From assembly GCA_016861205.1 (NCBI GenBank), contig BOKX01000001.1, positions 8,539 through 72,538 of the forward strand: a stretch of DNA of 64,000 bases, given 5' to 3'. The notes beneath the pieces are model-generated. The model was not told where the DNA came from, searched no databases, and saw only the letters and a list, made by a program, of their open reading frames with translations. The position numbers and the translations under genes are program-made. The DNA comes from Patescibacteria group bacterium (lineage in GTDB: Bacteria; Patescibacteriota; Microgenomatia; UBA1400; PJMF01). Below are positions 27,982-39,920 of the stretch, in pieces (positions within the stretch are counted from its first letter, which is position 1; each line of letters begins with the position of its first letter).

Positions 27982-28944
27982 TTAATTGGTACCGAGGAGT
28001 TCCGTAAACTGGCTACTCACCCAACCGGGTTTGCCTTCGAAGGTAATTTTGTGCCAACCATCTTTACTTTCTTCAAGATACGGGTACTCGTTTCCGACGG
28101 GAGCAAAACCCAAGGTTGAGCCAGAACTGCTGGGAGTTGAGCGCACTCGGAGCACTTCCTGGTCGTCTTGGTAGAAGTTGGTGGTTTTGATTCTGGCGCG
28201 CGGGCCAGTGATGGTGGCGGTCGGGCTGGCTTTAGGTGAGGCTTTGGGCGAGGCACTGGCTTTGGGAGTCGCACTCGCTGACGCTTTGTTGGCCGAACTC
28301 GTAGCGGCCAAAGCGGCTGAAGCAGTAGCTGTTGGTGAAGCACTAACCGATGCAGCTGGATTTGGACTGGCCTCTGCGGTGGTGGCTCGGGCTAGTTTAA
28401 CTGTCACATTAATTTTATGGCCCTCGACCATGTTGAGCGTGTGCTGCTGAGTTTCATAGCTTGGCAGCGAGACGGTGAACTCATGTTGGCCGGGAGAGAT
28501 GTTGTCGAGCACGATTGGGGCAAACTCCTTGGCTTGGTTATCGAGGCTGACAATCGCTCCATCGGGAATACTGATCAGCGCTAACTGGGTGGCTTTTTTG
28601 TTGGGCAACTTTTCCATTTCGTAAATGACTCCCCCACTCAACTCGGGTCGTGGCCCTGGTTTCCAGGTCACGACTGTCAACAGACCTTTGTGCAGAGTGA
28701 CGGTAGTTTCATAGGCGGCCAGGTTGTTATCATCAGGCTGGATTTTCAAGGTGTAGGTGCCGGGTTTGAGATCTTTGCTGATTAATGGAGTTTTGTCGAG
28801 GTACTGGCCATCGAGGAAGAGTGAGCTAGGAGTGTCATTGGTAATGACTTGCAGACCAGCTTTGGCAGTGATGCCACGTGGAATACACGCAGCCAGGCTG
28901 AGACTGGCGCAAGCCACAATGATGAGCGTAACAAGTTTCCTCAT
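27982..28944 (-). CDS. PEGA-PEGA-SH3b cell-surface protein with a lipobox-like signal
   Basis: LSLAAC; two PEGA repeats (LFLDGQYLDKTP, SIPDGAIVSLD); Ala/Ser/Pro/Lys-rich linker; SH3b (LRVRSTPS...GWHKI..GWVSSQF). Confidence 0.8.
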   Translation of the reverse strand: MRKLVTLIIVACASLSLAACIPRGITAKAGLQVITNDTPSSLFLDGQYLDKTPLISKDLKPGTYTLKIQPDDNNLAAYETTVTLHKGLLTVVTWKPGPRPELSGGVIYEMEKLPNKKATQLALISIPDGAIVSLDNQAKEFAPIVLDNISPGQHEFTVSLPSYETQQHTLNMVEGHKINVTVKLARATTAEASPNPAASVSASPTATASAALAATSSANKASASATPKASASPKASPKASPTATITGPRARIKTTNFYQDDQEVLRVRSTPSSSGSTLGFAPVGNEYPYLEESKDGWHKITFEGKPGWVSSQFTELLGTN

Positions 28945-29018
28945 GGTCGTCTGGGTACTAGTGTACCATGAGTCTGTCTGGATATGAGCCGGTTTTGACC
29001 GATCCGAGGTAAGTTTAA

Positions 29019-31442
29019 CTATGACTGGAAAGCTACCTTTAAAACTTGGTCAACAGTTTTGACCGGTTTGAAGGTGACTTCTTTTTTGACTGAGTCAGGG
29101 ATCTCGGCCAAATCACGGTGGTTGTCAGCAGGAATGAGCACGAGTTTTGTGCCAGCTCGGTGAGCCGCAATACTCTTCTCTTTCAGGCCACCAATGCGCA
29201 AAACTCGGCCGCGCAGTGTGACCTCGCCAGTCATGGCAACATCGCGTCGGACTGGTCGATTGGTGAAAGCTGAAACGATAGCGGTGGTCATGGTGATGCC
29301 AGCTGACGGTCCATCTTTAGGTACAGCACCCTCAGGGACGTGAATGTGGACGTCACTTTTATCAATTTTTTCAGTGGGAATTCCTAGTTGTTCGGCGTGT
29401 GACTTTACGTAGGTCAAGGCTGCTTGAGCCGACTCTTTCATGACATCACCCAGTTTACCGGTCAGTTGAATGGCACCTTTGCCAGGTGTGAGTGCAACTT
29501 CGATGAACAACACATCGCCACCAACTGCTGTCCAAGCCAAACCAGTGGCCAAGCCGACGCTGTCTTTGGCTTCAGTCAGCGTTACATCGTACTCAGGTGC
29601 ACCGAGGAACTCAATCAGCTTCTTGGCGGTTACCGTGGCTACTCGATTTGTCTTGACGGATAACAGCTGGCGAGCGACTTTGCGCAGCACTTTGCTGAGG
29701 GTTCGCTCTAAATGACGGACCCCAGCTTCTTTGGTGTAGCGCTCAATAATCGTTTTCAAAATCTCGTCATCAAGTTTGATTTGTTTGGCAGCAATGCCGT
29801 TAGCGGCTAAAACTTTTTTGAGCAAATGCTTTTTGGCAATTTGGAACTTCTCTTCTTGAGTGTAGCCAGTGTACTGGATAATTTCCAATCGATCGCGCAA
29901 AGCGGCTGGGATGGTTTCCAAGGTGTTTGCCGTGGTAATGAAGATAACATCGGACAGATCGTAAGGTACATCGAGATAATGATCTTCAAAACCATGATTT
30001 TGCTCGGGATCGAGGGCTTCCAGCAAAGCCGCAGATGGATCGCCGCGGAAGTCGTTGCCGATCTTATCGATTTCATCGAGCATGAAGACAGGGTTACTAC
30101 TCTTCGCTTGTTTCAAACCAGTGATGATGCGACCCGGCATAGCACCAACATAGGTGCGGCGATGACCACGAATCTCGGCCTCGTCGCGAATGCCACCAAG
30201 TGATACTTTGGTGAACTGGCGGCCGAGTGACTGGGCAATCGATTTGCCGATACTGGTTTTACCTACACCAGGTGGTCCCACAAAACACAAGATAGTGGGC
30301 ACACGTTTGTCTTCAGGTTTTTTCTGATTTTGCTTGAGTTGCATGACCGCGATGTACTCCAAGATGCGGTCTTTAACATCTTTCAAACCATAATGGTTGG
30401 TATTCAGTACTTTTTCGGCTTCACTCAAGTCAACTTTGGTGTCGTTTTTGACGCCCCAAGGCAACTCGAACATGGTATCGAGCCAAGTTCGCACATACCC
30501 CGACTCAGGGTTATTGACAGACATCTGTTTGAGTCGGCGAATTTCCTTGGCCACTTTGTCGCGCACCTCTACAGGGAACTTCGCTTTCTTCAACTTTTGC
30601 TGATACTCGCCGAGTACTTCTTCTTCGTCATCGAGCTCGCCGAGCTCTTTTTGAATGGTGCGCAAGCGCTCTCGCAAAATATTTTCGCGCATGTGTTTAT
30701 CAAATTTCTCTTGGGTTTTGTGAACTACATCCTTTTCGATTTCCAAGACTTTGGCTTCTCTGGCCAAGTGGTCGACTACTGTCCGTAGTCGCTCTTTGAC
30801 ATCCACCAACTCCAGCAGCGCTTGCTTATCTTTGGTTTTGATCGACAGGGTGCTGGCAATTTGATCGACCAGCTCGCCATCAGTGACGCCGCTCATCAGT
30901 TTCATGAAGTTCAAAAACTCCACTGGCTTGCCCATGTGGACGGCTTTGCGGAACTCTTTCTGCAAGTGAATTGCCAAGGCACGCTGTTCATCATCTTTGT
31001 GTGATACATCCTCGAGCTTGATAACTTGGGCTAAAAAGTTGGGGCTGGTTTTGAGGTAGCGCACGATCTGCACCCGGCCCAAACCGCGCATCAGCGCGTT
31101 GACTTGGTCGTCGGCGGCGAGCGTTCGCTCGACACTGGCCAGTGTCCCAACCGTGTAGAGGTCAGCTGGACTGGGGTCATTCACATTGGGGTGGCGCTGG
31201 CTGACGAGCACCACCAGCTTCTGGGTTTTCATGGACTCTTGAATAGCGGTGATCGAAAGCGGTCGCCCGAAGGTCAACACCGACTCAGTGCTGGGAAACA
31301 ATACTCCCTCGCGAATCGGGACCACCGGCAACACCAGCTGGTTGGCTGGCAATGGGCGCAGCACAGTTGGCTGCTCAGTAGTGGAGTTACCACCAGAGGG
31401 ATTCTGGGGGTCGTTGGTGCCTGGAAAGATTTCAGTCATCAT
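29019..31442 (-). CDS. lon: Lon protease (endopeptidase La)
   Basis: [34 protein letters not shown]. Confidence 0.98.
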   Translation of the reverse strand: MMTEIFPGTNDPQNPSGGNSTTEQPTVLRPLPANQLVLPVVPIREGVLFPSTESVLTFGRPLSITAIQESMKTQKLVVLVSQRHPNVNDPSPADLYTVGTLASVERTLAADDQVNALMRGLGRVQIVRYLKTSPNFLAQVIKLEDVSHKDDEQRALAIHLQKEFRKAVHMGKPVEFLNFMKLMSGVTDGELVDQIASTLSIKTKDKQALLELVDVKERLRTVVDHLAREAKVLEIEKDVVHKTQEKFDKHMRENILRERLRTIQKELGELDDEEEVLGEYQQKLKKAKFPVEVRDKVAKEIRRLKQMSVNNPESGYVRTWLDTMFELPWGVKNDTKVDLSEAEKVLNTNHYGLKDVKDRILEYIAVMQLKQNQKKPEDKRVPTILCFVGPPGVGKTSIGKSIAQSLGRQFTKVSLGGIRDEAEIRGHRRTYVGAMPGRIITGLKQAKSSNPVFMLDEIDKIGNDFRGDPSAALLEALDPEQNHGFEDHYLDVPYDLSDVIFITTANTLETIPAALRDRLEIIQYTGYTQEEKFQIAKKHLLKKVLAANGIAAKQIKLDDEILKTIIERYTKEAGVRHLERTLSKVLRKVARQLLSVKTNRVATVTAKKLIEFLGAPEYDVTLTEAKDSVGLATGLAWTAVGGDVLFIEVALTPGKGAIQLTGKLGDVMKESAQAALTYVKSHAEQLGIPTEKIDKSDVHIHVPEGAVPKDGPSAGITMTTAIVSAFTNRPVRRDVAMTGEVTLRGRVLRIGGLKEKSIAAHRAGTKLVLIPADNHRDLAEIPDSVKKEVTFKPVKTVDQVLKVAFQS

Positions 31443-31448
31443 CGTGAA

Positions 31449-31475
31449 TTAGCATTCTAACGTGTCGACTGCTAA
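31449..31475. promoter_or_regulatory. CIRCE (HrcA operator) overlapping the lon promoter
   Basis: TTAGCATTC-N9-GACTGCTAA versus the consensus TTAGCACTC-N9-GAGTGCTAA. Sits within TTGCCA-N17-TAGAAT on the minus strand. Confidence 0.85.
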
Positions 31476-31623
31476 ATGGCAAGAGTGCTTTTGGCCAAGT
31501 ATTCTCGGCCGCTCAAAAAGGCGCCCTTGAACACTTGGCCAAAAGCACGATTAGAGTGAATATTTTTGACAGCAAAAAGGCATCTTCAAACCCAAGCAAG
31601 AAGGCCTGGTTCTGGGGTAGTGA

Positions 31624-32445
31624 CTATGCAAACTGAAACAGAACCTTGATGTGCCGAGCTTCGGATTGAATTGAAATTGAAGGTTGGACCCCAGTTTCCA
31701 AGCGGATTTTTTCGGCGACGGCTTGGACTTTGCGAATGTTGCCCTCTCCTATGCCGTGGATGGCTAGCTTTCGCCACCCATACTTAATAACCAGTTCCTT
31801 TTTACTTAGTACCTCACGGACGATCTCTTCTTCTGTTTCGTGGAGCGAAACAAACACCGCAAAAGGTTGTTCGGTCACAATTGATTCATAAATGTCAAAA
31901 AACTTTTGGTTTTCACTGTCACCTTGTTTGCTAAGCTGTTCCCAAAGAGGCCTGATGATTTGTTCTAAATAGTTGGCTGTGCACAAATTGGTAATATTTT
32001 TGGCTCGGTCGCCGAATCTGCCGATTAAATCAAATCTAAGCTCGGTGGCCCGCTGGTTGTTGCCTTGTAGATGTTGGTGCCGAACCAGCAGTGCACCTTT
32101 CCAGATGACTCGGTCGCGGACGGGTATTTTTTCGTGTGCAAAACTTATCAACTGAGGGTCAATGCCAGGATGTTGCTCAAAGTCTTCGATCTCTTGAATT
32201 TTGGTTTGAGATTCGTCAGACAAAAGAATGGCATTTTCTTCTTGGACGGCCTGCTTAATAATTTGAGGCAGCAGTGTTTCCCGTTCTTTGGTCGTCAGTT
32301 CAGCTACATTGAGCTGAATCGCATTTCCCTCAACAATTGTCCGAGGACCGTTCTCAACGTTCACCAAGGCGATTTTGGCTCGGTTCAAGTTATGGCTGAT
32401 ATCCCCACCAATGAGTTGTTTGAGGTTGTCCAAGAAAGAAGGCAT
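31624..32445 (-). CDS. Hypothetical protein (AT-rich two-gene cassette)
   Basis: 273-aa intact ORF with no recognised motif; starts 5 nt after the upstream small gene. Confidence 0.7.
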   Translation of the reverse strand: MPSFLDNLKQLIGGDISHNLNRAKIALVNVENGPRTIVEGNAIQLNVAELTTKERETLLPQIIKQAVQEENAILLSDESQTKIQEIEDFEQHPGIDPQLISFAHEKIPVRDRVIWKGALLVRHQHLQGNNQRATELRFDLIGRFGDRAKNITNLCTANYLEQIIRPLWEQLSKQGDSENQKFFDIYESIVTEQPFAVFVSLHETEEEIVREVLSKKELVIKYGWRKLAIHGIGEGNIRKVQAVAEKIRLETGVQPSISIQSEARHIKVLFQFA

Positions 32446-32450
32446 CTGGT

Positions 32451-32693
32451 TTAGGCAGATTTTTTAAGATACTTATCGTAAAAAGTGATTAAAGACGCAA
32501 TATCATCACGGACAAAAATTTCGGAACCCTTTTTGATGCCCCCGAATTCACCAAGGGTCATCTCTTGTCCATCATGACTAAGCACACGATAGCCTGAGTT
32601 TTTTTCAGTCACAAAACCGTCGCTATCAACCGTTTTATCAAAAACCTTCAGGATGTATTCTTTGAGGTTTTGAGCAAAAGTAATGGATGTCAT
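32451..32693 (-). CDS. Small hypothetical protein (AT-rich two-gene cassette)
   Basis: 80 aa from ATG 32693 (MTSITFAQNLKEYILKVF...), just downstream of tRNA-Ile. Confidence 0.65.
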   Translation of the reverse strand: MTSITFAQNLKEYILKVFDKTVDSDGFVTEKNSGYRVLSHDGQEMTLGEFGGIKKGSEIFVRDDIASLITFYDKYLKKSA

Positions 32694-32752
32694 TGTGTTG
32701 GAGCAGTTAAAACTATAGTGCAACTATACCGCAGTTTAACTTTAAATCAAGC

Positions 32753-32829
32753 TGGTGGGTGTACTACGAATCGAACGTAGGACCTCTGTCTTATCAGGAC
32801 AGCGCTCTAACCGTCTGAGCTATACACCC
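32753..32829 (-). tRNA. tRNA-Ile(GAT), CCA encoded
   Basis: Minus strand GGGTGTA-TAGCTCAGACGGTTAGAGC-GCTGTC-CTGATAA-GACAG...GTTCGATTC..TACACCC-ACCA. Confidence 0.96.
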
Positions 32830-32897
32830 ATCTCGAGTGGGCAGCCGCCGTAACACGGCGGATTCAGAAAGATATTTTAACATATCTTTGCTCAAAG

Positions 32898-33341
32898 TCA
32901 GTCCCGAGGTTCGGTGAGTTGGTCGAGGTCGGCTACAATTTCATCAAACATAATCTGATCTTCTGTCCCAGCTAACAAATGCCGTCTCAGTTTTGGTAGT
33001 CGAGGTACAGCTGAGTTCAGGGCGTTCTCGATGATTCGCTGGTGACGAGGTGACCTAACCTGGCCATAATATATTTGCAGGCCAAATAAAATGTTAATTG
33101 GTAGGCAAAGACTCCAAAATCCCAAGCTAAAGTACGGCACATTTTCCACCACAAAAGCTTCGGAGACAGCTAACCCCGCAAACAGGGCGTTAAACATCAG
33201 ACCCCAGCAACAGCCATTGGCTTGGAGTGACTGGCTATTAATATAGTCAGCGACCAGTTGCTCCCCCACCGGATGGTACCAATCATAGGTGGGTTCTTCA
33301 GTGGTTGGGCTGGTTGAGGTTGTTTCGGCTCTTTTTGCCAT
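32898..33341 (-). CDS. Hypothetical protein with two TM segments
   Basis: 147-aa ORF with a hydrophobic hairpin. Confidence 0.55.
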   Translation of the reverse strand: MAKRAETTSTSPTTEEPTYDWYHPVGEQLVADYINSQSLQANGCCWGLMFNALFAGLAVSEAFVVENVPYFSLGFWSLCLPINILFGLQIYYGQVRSPRHQRIIENALNSAVPRLPKLRRHLLAGTEDQIMFDEIVADLDQLTEPRD

Positions 33342-33424
33342 CTTGGCTGGTTATCCTATAACCAAGACCAGCCAAACACAAGTCGAGAACATGAGGTCAG
33401 TGGTGCTTTCACCAGCAACGGCCA

Positions 33425-35989
33425 CTACTTGGTGTCAAACTGGAACTTTTCCCCGTCCCAGCTGACGCTGACCGTTTGTCCCTCTTTAAGTTGGCCACCG
33501 ATGAGTGCGGTGGATAGCTCGTTGAGCAAGGTGTTTTGAATCAGCCGCTTAAGTGGTCGGGCGCCGAACACCAGGTCGTAGCCAGTAGTCGCGAAGTGGT
33601 CGATAGCTGAATCAGCCACCTTGAGCTTGATGTCCTTTGGTGCCAGTCGGTTGGCGAGATGTTCAATCTGGAGTTTGACTATCTGTCGCAGCTCTTCTGG
33701 TGATAATGGTTGGAAAATAACTGTTTCATCAATCCGGTTCAAGAACTCGGGCCGGAACGTTTGACTCAAAATGCCTTCCAAAGCCACCCGTTGGTCGGCG
33801 GGTTGGCCGGGGTTTTGCATGATGATGTCGCTGCCCAAGTTGGACGTCATGATGATGAGGGTGTTTTTGAAGTTGACGGTGCGGCCCTTGCTATCAGTCA
33901 GCTGGCCGTCATCGAGCACTTGGAGAAGGACGTTAAACACCTCGGGATGCGCTTTCTCGACTTCGTCGAGTAAGATGACCGTATAAGGATGGCGGCGAAC
34001 CGCCTCTGTTAGCTGGCCACCTTCTTCGTAGCCGACATAGCCAGGGGGCGAGCCGATTAGGCGAGCCACCGAGTGTTTTTCCATGTACTCGCTCATGTCG
34101 ATACGGACCATTAAGTGTTCGTCGTTGAATAGGATTTCAGCCAAGGCTTTGGCCAGCTCCGTTTTCCCCACCCCAGTTGGGCCGAGGAACAAGAATGAGC
34201 CGATGGGTCGCTGGGGTTCACTGATGCCAGCCCGACTGCGGCGGACAGCGTTAGCGACCGCGCGAACGGCTTCGCTTTGGCCCACCACGCGTTTACCGAG
34301 TTCAGTCTCCAGGTGCAGCAGCTTATCACTTTCGCTACTGAGCATTTTTTGGACTGGGATGCCGGTCCAGCGGGAGACGACCGCAGCGATATCTTCTTCA
34401 GTGACTTCTTCTTTCAAAATCGAGGTGTTTTTCTGAATCTCGACCAACTTGGCCTGAGCTGTTTTCATCTCAGTTTCTAACTTGGGGATTTCACCGTACT
34501 TAATCTCGGCGGCTCGCTGCAAGTTGACCTCGCGCTCGGCCCGAGCTGCTTCTTCGCGTAACTCATCCAGTTTTTGGCTAGCCGTTTTTAACTCTTCGAT
34601 GGCACTTTTTTCAGTTTGCCACTGGAGGTCAAGTTCACGGTGTTGCTCTTTGAGTTCAGCCAGTTCTTTGTCCAGTTCGTGCAAGCGTTGCGTCGAAGCA
34701 TCATCCTTTTCTTTCTTCAACGCTTCTTTCTCAATTTCCAGCTGGCGAATTTTGTGTTCGAGCTGATCGATAGCGGTCGGTTTGCTATCGATTTCGAGCC
34801 GAATCGCTGACGCGGCTTCATCCATCAGATCGATGGCTTTGTCCGGCAAAAATCGATCACTAATGTAGCGATCTGACAGCTGGACCGCTGCCACAATCGC
34901 GTTGTCGCGGATGCGCACCCCGTGATGGGCTTCATACTTCTCTTTGACCCCGCGCAAAATGGAGATGGCATCCTCGATAGATGGTTCTTCGACCATCACT
35001 GGCTGGAAGCGGCGCTCAAGGGCGGCATCTTTTTCAATATACTTCCGGTACTCTTTGAGTGTGGTGGCGCCAATGGTGCGCAACTGGCCACGGGCGAGGG
35101 CTGGTTTGAGCAAATTGCCAGCATCAGTCGAACCTTCTTGGGCACCGGCGCCGACGATGGTGTGCAGTTCGTCGATGAACAAAATAACTTGGCCGTCAGT
35201 GCTTTCGATCTCTTTAATAACGGCTTTCAAACGATCTTCAAACTCACCTCGGTACTTAGCCCCGGCGATCAAAGCACCCATGTCGAGCGCCATGACTCGT
35301 TTGTTGCGCAGTGCGTCGGGGACGTCGCCTTCCACAATTTTACGTGCCAAACCTTCGACGATGGCTGTTTTACCAGTGCCTGGTTCCCCCACGAGTACCG
35401 GATTGTTTTTGGTGCGGCGGGACAAAATTTGAGTCACTCGCCGGATTTCCTCATCACGCCCGATGACCGGGTCAACTTTCCCCTTCTCTGCCAGGGCAGT
35501 TAAGTCTTGGGCATACTTTTCGAGGGCCTGGTACTTACTTTCAGGATCGGGATCGGTGACGCGCTGGTGGCCACGCAAATCAGTCAAGACAGCTAAGACT
35601 TCTTCTCGATTAACACCAACAACTGCTGCCACTGATTTTAAGCTCAGCAAGCCTAAGAACAAGTGTTCGGTGCTCAAGTACTCATCACGTAGCTGGGTGG
35701 CTTCTGTCTCAGCTTGGTCGAGCACTCGACGGAGGTCACTAGAGGCGCTGGCGGGCGAAGAGCTTGAGATGGTGGGTAGTTTGCCGAGTTCAGTTTTGAC
35801 GGCGGCAGCAACGGAGTCAGGGTTCTGCTCGAGTTTTTGCAGTAACTTGGGCACAATACCCTCTGGCTGCTCGATGAGCACCAGCAGCAGGTGCCAGGGA
35901 GTTAACTCGCTGTGATTCAGTTTGCCACTCAACTGCATGGCACCCTGAATGGCCTCGGCGGCCTTGGTGGTGAAGTTGTTGAGGTTCAT
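33425..35989 (-). CDS. clpB: ATP-dependent chaperone ClpB
   Basis: [17 protein letters not shown], coiled-coil M domain, [23 protein letters not shown]. Start moved to [10 protein letters not shown] at 35989. Confidence 0.97.
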   Translation of the reverse strand: MNLNNFTTKAAEAIQGAMQLSGKLNHSELTPWHLLLVLIEQPEGIVPKLLQKLEQNPDSVAAAVKTELGKLPTISSSSPASASSDLRRVLDQAETEATQLRDEYLSTEHLFLGLLSLKSVAAVVGVNREEVLAVLTDLRGHQRVTDPDPESKYQALEKYAQDLTALAEKGKVDPVIGRDEEIRRVTQILSRRTKNNPVLVGEPGTGKTAIVEGLARKIVEGDVPDALRNKRVMALDMGALIAGAKYRGEFEDRLKAVIKEIESTDGQVILFIDELHTIVGAGAQEGSTDAGNLLKPALARGQLRTIGATTLKEYRKYIEKDAALERRFQPVMVEEPSIEDAISILRGVKEKYEAHHGVRIRDNAIVAAVQLSDRYISDRFLPDKAIDLMDEAASAIRLEIDSKPTAIDQLEHKIRQLEIEKEALKKEKDDASTQRLHELDKELAELKEQHRELDLQWQTEKSAIEELKTASQKLDELREEAARAEREVNLQRAAEIKYGEIPKLETEMKTAQAKLVEIQKNTSILKEEVTEEDIAAVVSRWTGIPVQKMLSSESDKLLHLETELGKRVVGQSEAVRAVANAVRRSRAGISEPQRPIGSFLFLGPTGVGKTELAKALAEILFNDEHLMVRIDMSEYMEKHSVARLIGSPPGYVGYEEGGQLTEAVRRHPYTVILLDEVEKAHPEVFNVLLQVLDDGQLTDSKGRTVNFKNTLIIMTSNLGSDIIMQNPGQPADQRVALEGILSQTFRPEFLNRIDETVIFQPLSPEELRQIVKLQIEHLANRLAPKDIKLKVADSAIDHFATTGYDLVFGARPLKRLIQNTLLNELSTALIGGQLKEGQTVSVSWDGEKFQFDTK

Positions 35990-36036
35990 ATACCTGCCAA
36001 TTGTACCGAGTTGTCCAAAAGCTGTGAAGAGGCAAA

Positions 36037-36063
36037 TTAGCAGAGTAAGGCTATGACTGCTAA
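36037..36063. promoter_or_regulatory. CIRCE-like operator upstream of clpB
   Basis: Minus strand TTAGCAGTC-N9-CTCTGCTAA; correct 9-9-9 spacing, with one degenerate arm. Confidence 0.65.
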
Positions 36064-36139
36064 TTTGGCTTGTCAGAAAAGAAGATTGATATATCAATCT
36101 ATTTCAATATATATAAAAATAGATCAAAATAGCTGCGAA

Positions 36140-37177
36140 TTAACTCACCACTTGGCACGCTTCGGCCACCAGGGTCGACTCGGTTAGTAACTGCTGGGTG
36201 TAGCGAAACTTGAACTCAGTGTGGTCTCCAAAAGCAATCTCACTCATGGGCCCGAACCACTCGGAGGCGTCAAAGTGATACTCGGTGTGAGGGTTTGGCA
36301 TAACCTCGAGCACGAACTGGAGAGGTAGCTGACCGTATGCCCAGAGCGAGCCTGATCGCGCGTCTGGTTCGATTGACACCCGCTGCCAAGATTGATCGCT
36401 GATCTCACCGTCTTTCTGTGAGTTAGGCGCCAAGTCGTTAGCCATCTCAATGATTCGTAGCAGCCGCCAGTAAAACGCCAGCTCGGCCCACCGAGCCAGT
36501 TGCGGATCGGTCTCGGTTTGGGCAATGTATGCCAAGGCTTCTAGAGAGATGATTTGAGCGGTCGTCTCCACCGTGGCTTTGAGGAGCAGTTCTTGTTCTG
36601 AGCTTGTTTTTGACCATTGGCTATACATGGCTTCGATAGCTACCAACTGTTGCGAACTCAAGTGGCTACCTTCATGCGCTAAGGTGGCCAAAAACTGAAC
36701 TAGTTGCGATTGTGGTTGAATAGCTGGATCAACTTGCTCTCTCGGCACATAGACTTGGTGTGTACTATCGACATGAGCAGCGATGCCAAAATAGGTGGTC
36801 ATTGGGTTTTGCGGTTGCAGATTGGTTATCTGCCAAGTCATCGTGCCTAGTCCGAGCTCGACCATGACGCCCTGCACGTAGTTAACCCAGTCAACCGCGT
36901 TTTGTTCGGACAGATTAGTGAGCCAGTTGGAATCATAACTATGGAAAACCGTGTCACGAAGGGCAGCTAGACAGGTGTCGCGGTCTCCAAAATCGGTGTT
37001 GGGCAGCAGCAAGTGTGTTAGGTTTTGGTCGGCTAAGTGGTCTAAGAAGGTTTGGGGCTGATCGATAGCTGGCGGACTTTGTAACAGGATGAAGAGGTAC
37101 AGCCAATAGACATGCAAACTGACCAGCGCGAGGATCACTTCTGGGGTGGTTTGGGTGAATCGTTCCTTGAGTTGCAT
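36140..37177 (-). CDS. Membrane-anchored hypothetical protein with an HExxH zincin motif
   Basis: N-terminal TM, LATLAHEGSH, and a downstream Glu-containing helix (VETTAQIISLE). Confidence 0.6.
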   Translation of the reverse strand: MQLKERFTQTTPEVILALVSLHVYWLYLFILLQSPPAIDQPQTFLDHLADQNLTHLLLPNTDFGDRDTCLAALRDTVFHSYDSNWLTNLSEQNAVDWVNYVQGVMVELGLGTMTWQITNLQPQNPMTTYFGIAAHVDSTHQVYVPREQVDPAIQPQSQLVQFLATLAHEGSHLSSQQLVAIEAMYSQWSKTSSEQELLLKATVETTAQIISLEALAYIAQTETDPQLARWAELAFYWRLLRIIEMANDLAPNSQKDGEISDQSWQRVSIEPDARSGSLWAYGQLPLQFVLEVMPNPHTEYHFDASEWFGPMSEIAFGDHTEFKFRYTQQLLTESTLVAEACQVVS

Positions 37178-37248
37178 AGACCGAGTTGGTCGGGATTGTA
37201 CTGATTTTTATTGGGAACTCAAGATGCCGGAGAAATTTGAGTGCGGTT

Positions 37249-37809
37249 TTACTGCCGCTGATAGGTGAAAAAAACCTGTGGAATACTGTCTATGACTGGT
37301 TGTGGTTGCGGGAGTCGGCTTACGTCCCGACGATAGGTCTGTTTGGGCACGATTTCGATAACGTTTTCATCGAGGTGAGTAGTGAAGCGGGCCATAAAGT
37401 CTTGGCCAATGGCGGTGTAGCCGTGGCGGTGGAAGTAGTCATCGAAAGCGGCATCGCGATCAGTGACCGACGAAGTTGAGAAGTAGCGGAGGTGTTTGAT
37501 GGGTTTATCTTGCAGCTGGGCCAGTTGCTGGCCAACTTCCTTGGCTAACGGCGAGGTTCGTTTGCAGAGGGCAGCCAAGATAGGGTTGTAGGCTTTGATC
37601 TCGGGCAAATCCCACTCGTCATAGTAGTAAATTGCTACCCAACCATCGGCCAATGGTTGTGGCTCTGGCCGGAGTGGCTCTGGGCCGCGCAGGTGTTGCA
37701 GCGGCTCTAACACGAGTATCTGGAGTAGTTCGGCGGGTGCATTAGCAAGTAACCGCCATAACTGGCCAGGGTTTTCTGTAGTTTGGGGGGTGTTTTCGTG
37801 GTGGGTCAT
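37249..37809 (-). CDS. Hypothetical protein
   Basis: 186-aa ORF directly after the 16S terminator; no recognised motif. Confidence 0.55.
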   Translation of the reverse strand: MTHHENTPQTTENPGQLWRLLANAPAELLQILVLEPLQHLRGPEPLRPEPQPLADGWVAIYYYDEWDLPEIKAYNPILAALCKRTSPLAKEVGQQLAQLQDKPIKHLRYFSTSSVTDRDAAFDDYFHRHGYTAIGQDFMARFTTHLDENVIEIVPKQTYRRDVSRLPQPQPVIDSIPQVFFTYQRQ

Positions 37810-37879
37810 AGTTCAGTTTGATTTGATTTGGTGTTTTGCAGTATACCATCGGTTCAGCCCGTTGAAAATTTTTAACCAC

Positions 37880-37915
37880 AAAAAAACCACCTCAAGAAAG
37901 GTGGCTGTTTTTTTT
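37880..37915 (-). terminator. Intrinsic terminator ending the 16S transcript
   Basis: Minus strand AGCCACCT-TTCTTG-AGGTGGTT-TTTTT, with A/T tracts on both sides. Confidence 0.8.
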
Positions 37916-38070
37916 GCATCTGACGCAAACACGGCGGTAGAAACCAGTTCACTTTTCACCCGAGGGTGAAAAGCAGCCCAGGTATGGTGACCATGGGACT
38001 TGGTTGTTTCATCACTATTACTAGTGAAGGGAAAATAAGGGGTCGTGATGTCCCTACCCATTCTCCTTAG

Positions 38071-39551
<1,481 letters not shown>

Positions 39552-39864
39552 AGTTTGATTGCTCTATTTAAAAAAATTGTACGGATTTTCTGTCCATCGA
39601 AAGATGGTAGAAATTCCGACAATTCTAGATCCGAAGATCTAGAGTCCAGTTTCTACCACCATGTTCGTTTCAGATGATGTATGAATGTATATTCATACAT
39701 TTTTTCCTTAGTGAATGATGGTTAGCTGTCAAATTCACTAAGGTCTTAACTTGTTAACGATCATAGAAACTCATGCAAAAACCCCACTGGTGTTTCACCG
39801 GTGGTGCTATACTGAGTTTAAATCTGAGACTAGTTCCCGTGTGGGCTTGGTCCGAAGAAACATT

Positions 39865-39892
39865 ATTCTAACAAAATTGAGCCAGATGTCAA
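39865..39892 (-). promoter_or_regulatory. 16S rRNA promoter
   Basis: TTGACA-N16-TAGAAT with TGn extension, about 310 nt upstream of the 16S. A 16-nt spacer is typical of rRNA promoters. Confidence 0.75.
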
Positions 39893-39920
39893 AGGGAAGA
39901 ATTACAAGGAAAGGAAACCT

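Noticed and set aside
28210-28390. Short repeats in the PEGA-SH3 gene as a CRISPR or DNA repeat array
   Set aside because: They are degenerate codon-level repeats encoding an SPKA/ASP linker, with no repeat-spacer structure. No CRISPR array was seen anywhere in the window.
31580-32829. Integrative element at tRNA-Ile
   Set aside because: No integrase and no duplicated tRNA 3' end were found, so it is reported only as a possible islet.
33710-35915. Long antisense ORFs over clpB, and likewise over lon, gap and uvrA
   Set aside because: These are typical shadow frames of conserved genes, with no independent motifs or expression signals.
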